Shown here: positions 20,791 through 28,634 of the stretch, in pieces
Layout of the letters: every line of letters begins with the position of its first letter
Position numbering within the stretch: the first letter of the stretch is position 1
Assembly: GCA_910588885.1 (NCBI GenBank)
Contig: CAJUSQ010000002.1
Span: 1,350 to 65,349 of the forward strand
DNA: 64,000 nt
Source: an uncultured Lachnospiraceae bacterium
Lineage (GTDB): Bacteria; Bacillota; Clostridia; Lachnospirales; Lachnospiraceae
Direction: 5' to 3'
Program-made: the position numbers and the translations under genes
Notes under the pieces: model-generated
Database searches by the model: none
What the model was told of the DNA's origin: nothing
What the model saw: the letters and a program-made list of their open reading frames with translations, nothing else

Positions 20791-20958
20791 TTAAATTTTC
20801 CCGGCACTGCTTTCAATTGTCTGAAAAACCTTATTGACCAATGCCGTAATCCTTGTCTTAAAAATTGCTACCAGAGCTATCAATACCACTAAAATTAAGA
20901 TTACCTCGACTACGCCAACTCCATCCTCTTCTTTTAAAAATAATTTTATTTGTTCCAT
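20791..20958 (-). CDS. flp: Flp-family type IVb prepilin (55 aa; not in ORF track)
   Basis: Own translation: MEQIKLFLKEEDGVGVVEVILILVVLIALVAIFKTRITALVNKVFQTIESSAGKI. Gly-x-x-x-Glu processing motif followed by a hydrophobic helix. AGGAGG sits 7 nt upstream of the ATG. Positioned between tadC-like and tadG-like genes. Confidence 0.75.
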   Translation of the reverse strand: MEQIKLFLKEEDGVGVVEVILILVVLIALVAIFKTRITALVNKVFQTIESSAGKI

Positions 20959-20984
20959 TCTTTTTCCTCCTGATTTTTATAATG

Positions 20985-22283
20985 CTACAGCTGTAAATTC
21001 ATCATTGCCGGAAGCATTAATATGGCAAATACCACCAAAAGCATGATCCCCATGGGCATCAGCATTTTCGTTCCGGCTTCCTCTCCCAGCTGCTTGGCAT
21101 ACAGCTTCCTTTGCAAAAAAGCCTCTTTTGCTTCCGCGTCCAAAAGCTGCTGCATTCCCTTTGTTCCTTTTCTTACGTTCTGCATTAAAACGGATGCCAG
21201 TTTCCGGTATTGGGGCTGCCCGCAGCGACTGCCGAAATTTCCATATGCCTGTATTTCCCCAATCCCGTCCTGCATTTCATGCCAGGTTTTCCGCATTTCT
21301 TCATAGCCCGGCCGGGGCGGGACTACCCCCTTCTCCCTTTGCTTTTCGTATTCCGCCGCAATCCTGCCCCAGGCAGCCGAAACGGTCATACCCGCCCCAG
21401 TCAGCAGCGAAAGCCGGCTGACAATTTCCGGATAATCCAAAATAATCCGTTGATTCCATACGTTCCTTCCCCTCTCCGCTTTTTCTTTGGAGAAGATATA
21501 AAAAGCAATCAGTATTATCGTTCCCAAAAGAAATATTTTTCCTGCATACATTTCCCTGTCCTTCTGCCAGTTCAGGGCCACTCCCTCATATTCCAACGGC
21601 AGCTTTACATATGCTTCTCCTTCTTTTTGGTTCTCCCGGGCCAGTATTTCTTCTACCCCTTTCACCAGGGCCTCCGCCCCCTCCGGTTCCCGGGGCAGAA
21701 GCTGTATATAAAAGGAATGGACCGCCTGGTATTCCTGACATTTCATCTCTGCCGTCACTTCGACCAGATTCTGATCCTCTTTCCGGTTTTCCCATAAAAT
21801 GGCACCGTCCGAAGCTACCAGCTCATAGGGGTCAAAATAGTAAGAAACCTCTACCGCTCCTTCCTGCAGCGTTCGGGGCAGAGACAAATCGCCGGAAACC
21901 GCTTCCAGGGACTCGTTCTCCCCCAATATCCGTTTCTCCAATTCCTGCCCGGCCAAAAAGAATATTTGTTCTGTTTCTTCCCCGGTTATCCGCTGTTCCT
22001 CTACCACTACCGGATATTGGTATTGTTTCAGAACCCCTTTGGCATCCAGGGATAAAAGCACCTCCTCCGTTCCTGTTCCTGCCTGACCACGCTTCAGCGC
22101 CTGTACCGGTTCCGGCTTTAAAGCCGTCTGTTCCCATGCCGAAACCCCAAGACAAACCACCCCTATCACAACAGACGCCCGTAAATATTTTCGATACTGC
22201 AAACCGCATCCTTTCCTTTTGGTATACCAGCAGCCAGCCAAGCTGCCCAACAGCAGCAGGCTATAACCGAAGCATTCCGCCAT
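20985..22283 (-). CDS. TadC-like T2SS-F-domain inner-membrane platform protein with ~250-aa N-terminal extension
   Basis: The C-terminal ~170 aa are T2SSF-like (LSLLTGAGMTVSAAW...LMPMGIMLLVVFAILMLPAMM). Confidence 0.7.
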   Translation of the reverse strand: MAECFGYSLLLLGSLAGCWYTKRKGCGLQYRKYLRASVVIGVVCLGVSAWEQTALKPEPVQALKRGQAGTGTEEVLLSLDAKGVLKQYQYPVVVEEQRITGEETEQIFFLAGQELEKRILGENESLEAVSGDLSLPRTLQEGAVEVSYYFDPYELVASDGAILWENRKEDQNLVEVTAEMKCQEYQAVHSFYIQLLPREPEGAEALVKGVEEILARENQKEGEAYVKLPLEYEGVALNWQKDREMYAGKIFLLGTIILIAFYIFSKEKAERGRNVWNQRIILDYPEIVSRLSLLTGAGMTVSAAWGRIAAEYEKQREKGVVPPRPGYEEMRKTWHEMQDGIGEIQAYGNFGSRCGQPQYRKLASVLMQNVRKGTKGMQQLLDAEAKEAFLQRKLYAKQLGEEAGTKMLMPMGIMLLVVFAILMLPAMMNLQL

Positions 22284-22296
22284 TCTACTTCTCCTC

Positions 22297-23115
22297 CTAT
22301 ACTCTGATATCTACCAACCTCCGGGACAAAAAATATGCCCCAACATAAGCCGCCAAACAGCCTGTCATACAGATTCGGCCGAAAGCCCCCACATACATCA
22401 TTTCCAGAAATTCCGGAGAGGTCAGGTCTATCAAAAACAGGATTCCCAGGGGCACTGCATTCATAATCTTCTGCTCCAGCTGCCTTGCTGCGATCATCGT
22501 CCGGATCTCCTGTTCCAATTCGGCTTTTTCCGAAATTCGTTCCGCCGTATCCCGCAGGATCCGGACAAAATCACTTCCGTTTCGTTTTGCATACCCAAAT
22601 ACCTGTCCAAAGCTGAATATTTCTTCCACACCACTGCGGTTTGCAAGATTTTCCAACAACCCCTCTATCGGGACATTCAGCTTCAGCTGCCGGTTCATAA
22701 GCCGAAGCTCCCGGCACATGTCCGCCTGGCTTCCCAAAAGCTGTACCAGTTCCTTCTCTGCTTCCAGAAACGCATTTTCCGCCCCATAACCCACATGCAT
22801 GGATGCCGTTACGACCCGGATGCATTCTTTGAACTGGTCCCGCAGTATTTCTTGCCGAATCCTGGCCTTCTTTCTGCGCCGTTGGAAACAGGAGACGGGC
22901 CATACTGCGAAAAATACGATCATCCCGGCCGGACTCCGATAAAACAGCCAGGCCACGGCCAGGGAAACGGCAGCGGCCATTCCAGTACAGGCCGCCCAGT
23001 CTGCCCCTTTCATCCGATATTTCCGGTAATCCTCTTCCGCCAGCTCCTCCCTTAAAGAAGTCCGGCCGCCCGCAGCTTGTCCTGGTTTTCCAGTTCGCCC
23101 TTCTTTTCCCAGCAT
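22297..23115 (-). CDS. TadB-like T2SS-F-domain platform protein
   Basis: T2SSF-like core (VTASMHVGYGAENAF...PLGILFLIDL). The annotated start overlaps cpaF by 64 nt, so the true start is probably internal (MKGADW at 23013). Confidence 0.7.
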   Translation of the reverse strand: MLGKEGRTGKPGQAAGGRTSLREELAEEDYRKYRMKGADWAACTGMAAAVSLAVAWLFYRSPAGMIVFFAVWPVSCFQRRRKKARIRQEILRDQFKECIRVVTASMHVGYGAENAFLEAEKELVQLLGSQADMCRELRLMNRQLKLNVPIEGLLENLANRSGVEEIFSFGQVFGYAKRNGSDFVRILRDTAERISEKAELEQEIRTMIAARQLEQKIMNAVPLGILFLIDLTSPEFLEMMYVGAFGRICMTGCLAAYVGAYFLSRRLVDIRV

Positions 23116-24290
23116 CCTTTGATCCCTTCCCCCTCTCCCTCTAATTCCCGGAATTGGTACAGCGGCCGGATACGGATACGATGATTTTCAAATCCGGTAA
23201 CCTCCATAATATCCAAGACCTTACGGCTTCTGTCCCTTAATCTCCCCAAATGTACCAGGATATCGATTCCGGCCGCAATCTGGGCCTGTATGGCCTCCAA
23301 AGGCAGCTCCATCCCCATGAGTACCATGGTTTCAATTCGTTTCAGCATATCCCGGCAGCTGTTGGCATGGCCGGTGCTTAGAGAACCGTCATGGCCGGTA
23401 TTCATTGCCTGCAGCATATCCAACGCTTCCCCGCCCCGGATTTCTCCCAGGATGATCCGGTCCGGCCGCATCCTTAAGGACGTTTTAATCAAATCCCGGA
23501 TCGTAATCTCATTTCCGGAATCCAGTCCGGCGTTCCTGGTTTCCAAACGCACCAGATTCGGGATGTTCCGAATCTGCAGCTCGGCGGAATCCTCAATGGT
23601 CACAATCCGCTCTCCTGCCGGAATAAAATCAGACAGCGCGTTCAGAAAAGTGGTTTTCCCCGAACCGGTTCCGCCGGAAATGAAGATATTATAGCGGGCC
23701 TTTACCAGTTTGTCCAAAAAATCTGCCATTTCTTCACTTATGGACTGAAATCCAATCAAGTCCTTCATGGTAATCGGATGCTTCGGGAATTTCCGGATAG
23801 AAATACAGGACCCGTCTATGGCTATCGGCTCCAGCACAATATTTACCCGGGATCCGTCGCTTAATCTGGCATCCACAATAGGGGAATATTCGTTCACCAC
23901 CCGGTTATTACTGCCTGCAATCTGCTGAATCACATCCTCCAGCTTTTCCCTGGATGCAAAAGACTTCTGCCACCGCTGGATTCTTCCGTTTTTTTCAAAA
24001 AAGATACGACCGGATCCGTTTACCATTATCTCCGTAATCTCATCTTCTTCCAGCAGCTCCTGGAGAATATCCAGCCGCCGGAGGGAATAGAAGACCTCCG
24101 TGCGAAGCGCACGGCGTCTGTCCAGGGATAACGTGGTTTCCTTAGCCTTACGGCAGACAGCTTCGTCGATAAACCCGAGAATCTCTTCATCCGGCAATTC
24201 CCTGGAAATGTCCAGCCGCCCCATGACCTCCGCTTTCAGCTCCTCCATGCAGTCCGGCTGCTCCCGGGCCTCTCTCCTAACCGTTTCCAT
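23052..24290 (-). CDS. CpaF/TadA-family pilus assembly ATPase
   Basis: 412 aa. Walker A GGTGSGKTT, TIEDSAEL Asp box, Walker B RPDRIILGEIRG, His box GHDGSLSTGH. Confidence 0.9.
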   Translation of the reverse strand: METVRREAREQPDCMEELKAEVMGRLDISRELPDEEILGFIDEAVCRKAKETTLSLDRRRALRTEVFYSLRRLDILQELLEEDEITEIMVNGSGRIFFEKNGRIQRWQKSFASREKLEDVIQQIAGSNNRVVNEYSPIVDARLSDGSRVNIVLEPIAIDGSCISIRKFPKHPITMKDLIGFQSISEEMADFLDKLVKARYNIFISGGTGSGKTTFLNALSDFIPAGERIVTIEDSAELQIRNIPNLVRLETRNAGLDSGNEITIRDLIKTSLRMRPDRIILGEIRGGEALDMLQAMNTGHDGSLSTGHANSCRDMLKRIETMVLMGMELPLEAIQAQIAAGIDILVHLGRLRDRSRKVLDIMEVTGFENHRIRIRPLYQFRELEGEGEGIKGCWEKKGELENQDKLRAAGLL

Positions 24291-25287
24291 GTTGTCCGTA
24301 TCGGGCGGCCCGCACCCGATCCCCCAGTCTTCCGTACACCCATTGCTGCATTACCGGCTCCCGCTCTATAAGCTGTAAATCCGCTGCCGTAAAATGGATT
24401 ACCTCCATCCTTCCGGCCGTTTCAGACATCCCCTGCTTCAGCATGCTTTCCTCAAACTGGGTACACTGTCCCCGGGCCAGGGTTCCCGTGTCCAGCACCT
24501 GATAGATCCGGATACATTGTTCCAACAGGGAAAAGAAGCCGGGAATCATAATCCCGAAGTCCAAAAGGATCACCTCGTAATCCGTCTTCTCCGCTAAAAG
24601 CAGCAACAGCTTCTGATAGTCCTCTGCCGAAGTCTCACAGAGCAGCTGTGCGTCCGTCATAGGCGGAATATAGTCAATATGCTGGACGGAATGTACGACG
24701 CTTTCCAAAATCCCCTGGATTTTCACGCCATGGCAGGAAATAAAGTACATCAGATCCGCCAGATCCCTGGGATAGCTTTCTTCCATCCAGCTGCCAAAAC
24801 CTGCCCATTCTCCCAGATTTACATACAGCACCTTCTTATCCGGCGCCAGAAGCTGGGCCAATGTCAGGGCAAAGGGCGTCTGCAGCCTGCTGTGGGTCGG
24901 GGAATAAATACCGATAATCTCCTTCTCCTGTCTGGAAACATAACCGTTCTTCTTCCCGAGCTCCCGGTAATGCACAAACATCTCCCGCCAGATTTCCTCC
25001 GCCGATTGGTATTTGAATACGGCAGCCCCCTTCTCCTCCTCCGGTTCCGGCGTTTCGCTTAAGTACATACATAAGCTGTCTTCTCCCGCCTTAGCCGGGA
25101 TCTCTTCAAAGCCCGTTCCCCAAAGAACCATGTCAAACCGGGTCTCCTTCTGCTTTTCCCGGAACATCCTGCGGCCGGAAAAAGTAAACACCTGTGCCTG
25201 GCTGCCCTTTCTGCGAATAAAATACTCGGCCAGTCGTTCCCGGTACGCCTCCTGCGTATCGCAGATGGCGATTGTTACTTTTTTCAC
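24277..25287 (-). CDS. CpaE/TadZ-like protein (receiver-like N-domain + degenerate ParA/MinD-like domain)
   Basis: VTIAICD receiver-like start and IIGIYSPTHSRLQTPFALTLAQLLA in place of a deviant Walker A. GTG start 25287 after GGGGGTGA, overlapping the peptidase stop. Confidence 0.6.
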   Translation of the reverse strand: MKKVTIAICDTQEAYRERLAEYFIRRKGSQAQVFTFSGRRMFREKQKETRFDMVLWGTGFEEIPAKAGEDSLCMYLSETPEPEEEKGAAVFKYQSAEEIWREMFVHYRELGKKNGYVSRQEKEIIGIYSPTHSRLQTPFALTLAQLLAPDKKVLYVNLGEWAGFGSWMEESYPRDLADLMYFISCHGVKIQGILESVVHSVQHIDYIPPMTDAQLLCETSAEDYQKLLLLLAEKTDYEVILLDFGIMIPGFFSLLEQCIRIYQVLDTGTLARGQCTQFEESMLKQGMSETAGRMEVIHFTAADLQLIEREPVMQQWVYGRLGDRVRAARYGQHGNG

Positions 25288-25769
25288 ATAATCACCCCCA
25301 TTGCAATACAGAACCCCGTCAGTATTGCAGTTGTAAAACAAATGGTATTTTGTTTTCCATCAGACTGCCGGTCGTAAACCCCAAGCTTTTTATTTTCCAG
25401 GGAATTCTTTACATAACGGCAAAAATACATCAGACGTGCAATTAGATTTCTTTGATAGAGCAGCTTTCCCAAGGAAAAAACAGCTCCTGTCAGAAAAGAA
25501 AAAAACATACAATAACACAAAAATTTCAGATTCCAAATACACCCAATTACGGAAAACAGTTTGATATCGCCTGCGCCCAGCGCATGCATCAAGAATAAAA
25601 GAAATAATACGATAACCGGAAAGAGTATCTGCACCGCAGATAAGAAGAGGCCCCAAAGTCCAAACTCCCATATTTGAAACAAAGTGCCTGTAAACAGCCC
25701 CAGACAAATCAGCCGGTTCCTGACCTTGCCTGTGCCAAGATCCGTGGCAGTTGCAATCAGCAGCAGCAA
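25284..25769 (-). CDS. A24-family prepilin peptidase (CpaA/TadV-like), copy 1
   Basis: 161 aa, polytopic. ATDLGTGKVRN and ALGAGDIKLF Asp motifs. Non-ATG start, uncertain. Confidence 0.7.
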   Translation of the reverse strand: MLLLIATATDLGTGKVRNRLICLGLFTGTLFQIWEFGLWGLFLSAVQILFPVIVLFLLFLMHALGAGDIKLFSVIGCIWNLKFLCYCMFFSFLTGAVFSLGKLLYQRNLIARLMYFCRYVKNSLENKKLGVYDRQSDGKQNTICFTTAILTGFCIAMGVIM

Positions 25770-25824
25770 CAGTGTCCACGAAAATTTTAAAATCCCAATT
25801 CATCACCTCGCTTTTGTATTTTGG

Positions 25825-25853
25825 ATTATATAGCATGTCATTCCCTTTGTCTA
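25825..25853 (-). promoter_or_regulatory. candidate sigma-A promoter of the Tad operon
   Basis: Minus strand TAGACA-17 nt-TATAAT, about 55 nt upstream of the first Tad gene. Confidence 0.4.
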
Positions 25854-25889
25854 CCTCTAATTTTGTTTTTCCTGATTTTTGTAAAATAC

Positions 25890-26156
25890 TTACAAAAGCT
25901 GATAAAACATAATTCCGTAAAGAAGCGCAAACCCGCCAAAACCAAGGGCTCCGACTGTCAAAAAGCTTACGGGATTCAATCCCACCGACACGGAAATATG
26001 CTGCATTGCCAGAAATTCATTGCAGAAATAGATGCAGACCAACCCCACTGCCGCCCGGGCAAAAAATTGAAACACCAGCTTTGCCTTCTGTTTCAAAACG
26101 CCGATAACCAGTACCAGCACACAAATTGCCACAATTGCAATTACTCCATAATCCAT
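25890..26156 (-). CDS. bofA: BofA-like pro-sigma-K processing inhibitor
   Basis: 88 aa from MDYGVIAIVAICVLVL..., with two or three TM helices and GLNPVSFLTVGALGFGG. Adjacent to a yaaL-like gene, as in Bacillus. Confidence 0.65.
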   Translation of the reverse strand: MDYGVIAIVAICVLVLVIGVLKQKAKLVFQFFARAAVGLVCIYFCNEFLAMQHISVSVGLNPVSFLTVGALGFGGFALLYGIMFYQLL

Positions 26157-26301
26157 TGATTTTCCCCTTTTTACAGTCTGTCTTTTACTAAAAATATATA
26201 CAAAATTGATTTTTTTATTCCGTTTTTTGTATAGATTTGGAAATTCCTGATTATACTTAGTAAAAAGAGGTAATTTAGTTACCGTAAAGGAAGGGATAGC
26301 C

Positions 26302-26553
26302 TTGATTCGTATTTTTAAACAGACAATACCCAACGAGACAAATTATGCATTACTTCTGGATGACATCGAAAAAACCAAATGCGAGCTGCAGCTTGCCTAT
26401 TCCAATTTTGAAAACGTGGTAGACCCGGACTTAATCGACAGCTGTATCTACCAAGTCAACGCCGTGCAGCTGCGTTATAAGTTCCTGTTGTCCAGAGTAA
26501 AACAAATAGAGGATTCTTATGCAAAGAATCCTCTGGAACTGTCGGAATCCTGA
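26302..26553 (+). CDS. YaaL-like (DUF2508-type) small protein
   Basis: 83 aa, TTG start. LLDDIEKTKCELQLAYSNFENVVDPDLIDSCIYQVNAVQLRYKFLL matches the YaaL family pattern. Confidence 0.6.
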   Translation: MIRIFKQTIPNETNYALLLDDIEKTKCELQLAYSNFENVVDPDLIDSCIYQVNAVQLRYKFLLSRVKQIEDSYAKNPLELSES

Positions 26554-27005
26554 AAGGTTTCCGTCAAACTGCCCTTTTGATACGTCATTCCCGCCACAAC
26601 CTGCTGCGTATGCTTCATCAGAGGTTCTGAGGAATCCTGCTTTGCCGCTTCCACAAATCCGGCATACAGATTCCTCAGGACCTTTTGTGCAGCGTCCAGA
26701 CCGTCCAGACTGTTCCGGTAAAAGCAGGCTGCAATCTGCTCCTGGGCAAACCGGTACAGGGGATACAGCTCTTTCGCTATGGGATACCGAAAGTCCAGGC
26801 CGTCCCTAAGCTGTGCAACGGTCCGCTGGGCTTTGCGCAGGGCATCCTTAAAAGCCTCATACTCCTGTTTGTCCCAGTATTCCCTGGCCTCGTCTGCGTA
26901 TGTGAAAAAAATATCATAGATCACCACGATCATTCCGCCCCGGTTGCTGTTGCTGATCCGCCTGGTAAATTCCTGTTTTTTACTTGCGTCCATCTCTGCT
27001 CCCAT
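26517..27005 (-). CDS. fliS: flagellar export chaperone FliS-like
   Basis: 162 aa. Four-helix pattern (IVVIYDIFFTYADEA...ALRKAQRTVAQLRDGLD...ELYPLYRF). Directly downstream of flagellin. Confidence 0.6.
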   Translation of the reverse strand: MGAEMDASKKQEFTRRISNSNRGGMIVVIYDIFFTYADEAREYWDKQEYEAFKDALRKAQRTVAQLRDGLDFRYPIAKELYPLYRFAQEQIAACFYRNSLDGLDAAQKVLRNLYAGFVEAAKQDSSEPLMKHTQQVVAGMTYQKGSLTETFQDSDSSRGFFA

Positions 27006-27082
27006 CCTGCGGCTGTCCGGTGACTGCTTGTCTCGGGCAGCCGCATGTTCCCAATTTCACGTATTATGCCGCAATTTCAGTC

Positions 27083-28621
27083 TTATTGCAGAAGCTGCAG
27101 GGCCTGCTGCGGAATGTCGTTGGCCTGGGCCAGCACTGCCGTTGCTGCCTGCTGCAGAACCGTATACTGAGTGTAGGTGGACATTTCGGACGCCATGTCC
27201 ACGTCTTCAATCCGGGACAAGGCCGCCGTCATATTCTCTTCCGTTGCGTCCAGGCTGGCTACCGCATGTTCCAAGCGGTTCTGGAACGCCCCCAGACGGG
27301 AACGGGATTCGCTGACCTTGGCAATGGCCTTATCATAGCTGGTAATGGCCCGGTCCGCTCCGGTTATCGTGCAGACGTTAATCTGATCAATCCCCAGCAG
27401 TTCCGGAGAAATAGACGGAATCCGCACTTCCATTACCTGGTCTTCGTTGGCCCCGATCTGAAGTGTCATGGTACCGATATCGGTCACTTCAAAATTCAGG
27501 TCTTTCGTCGGTGTCCCGGTGGTCGTAGACGACTGTACATTGTTTTCGGAAGTTCCTTCTGCCGCCTGGGTATCCAGATCACGATAGGTAGTCCCGGCCG
27601 TTCCTACCCCGGCTTCAAAGGTAATCTTAAATCCGTTCCGGTCCGTAATGCTGACTTCCGTACCGTCACAGGTATAGCTGGCCTGTTTGGAGAATCCGTC
27701 TCCCAATTCCAGTTCCGCGTCAATGCCTTTTACAATTGCGGAATGGGGAAGCCCCAGATACGTGGTCAGATCGTCATTTGTGGTGGTAATCTTAATTTCC
27801 GCAGAACTGCCATACCGGTCGGAAACCATAACCAGACGGTTTCCGGGCTTGAAATCCGCCGGGGTATAGCCTGCATCCTCTGCCTTTCCGTCTAAATTGG
27901 AAACATTGGTATCGTTCACATCTACTGCAAACAAGTTTACCTCTGCCTTTTCCGCAGCCTCCCGCAGGCTCTGGAACACACTGTCCATATCCTGGCCTTC
28001 CGTGATCTCCACTTCCACACCGTTGATGCTGATCACACCGGCCGGAATGGGGGGATTCGTAGTCGTGGATACGGTGTCCCCAAAAATAACCGCCTGTCTG
28101 GCATCCTTTGTCATCGTAATCTCATAATTGGCAGATGCCACGGAATCGGAAATATCTATCTTACTGATCGAACGGCTGTTTGTATATACCCGCTGATCCA
28201 GGCTGCCGTCTAACAGCTTCTTGGTATTGAATTCGGTATCCCGGGAAATGCGCCCAATCTCTTCTGTCAAAGAGTCAATTTCTGCCTGAATTGCCTCCTG
28301 GTCTTCCTGAGAATAAACACCGCTGTTTGCTGCCTGTACCGACAACTCCCGCATTCTCTGGAGCATATTGGTCACTTCCTGAAGGGCGCCGTCCGTAGTC
28401 TCCACTACGGAAATCCCGTCCGAAGCATTCTGGGATGCCTGGTCTAAGCCCTTAATCTGCGCCCGCATTTTTGTAGCAATCGCAACGCCTGCCGCATCGT
28501 CAGACGCATGGTTTAGCTTTAAACCGGAGGACAGCCGTTCAATGGAAGTGGAAAGGCCGTTTTCATTGATCTGTAACTGGTTATTGGCAATCATTGCCGA
28601 CATATTGTGATTAATTTTCAT
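27083..28621 (-). CDS. fliC: flagellin
   Basis: 512 aa. Conserved N-terminus (MKINHNMSAMIANNQL...LSSGLKLNHASDDAAG) and C-terminus (RLGAFQNRLEH...VLQQAATAVLAQAN), with a variable central domain. Confidence 0.95.
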   Translation of the reverse strand: MKINHNMSAMIANNQLQINENGLSTSIERLSSGLKLNHASDDAAGVAIATKMRAQIKGLDQASQNASDGISVVETTDGALQEVTNMLQRMRELSVQAANSGVYSQEDQEAIQAEIDSLTEEIGRISRDTEFNTKKLLDGSLDQRVYTNSRSISKIDISDSVASANYEITMTKDARQAVIFGDTVSTTTNPPIPAGVISINGVEVEITEGQDMDSVFQSLREAAEKAEVNLFAVDVNDTNVSNLDGKAEDAGYTPADFKPGNRLVMVSDRYGSSAEIKITTTNDDLTTYLGLPHSAIVKGIDAELELGDGFSKQASYTCDGTEVSITDRNGFKITFEAGVGTAGTTYRDLDTQAAEGTSENNVQSSTTTGTPTKDLNFEVTDIGTMTLQIGANEDQVMEVRIPSISPELLGIDQINVCTITGADRAITSYDKAIAKVSESRSRLGAFQNRLEHAVASLDATEENMTAALSRIEDVDMASEMSTYTQYTVLQQAATAVLAQANDIPQQALQLLQ

Positions 28622-28634
28622 GAAATCTTCTCCT

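Noticed and set aside
25390-25836. 148-aa alternative-frame ORF with an ATG start over the first prepilin peptidase gene.
   Set aside because: Its translation has no membrane-protein character. The 25284..25769 frame carries both A24 Asp motifs. The ATG may reflect a start-region frameshift, but that cannot be settled here.
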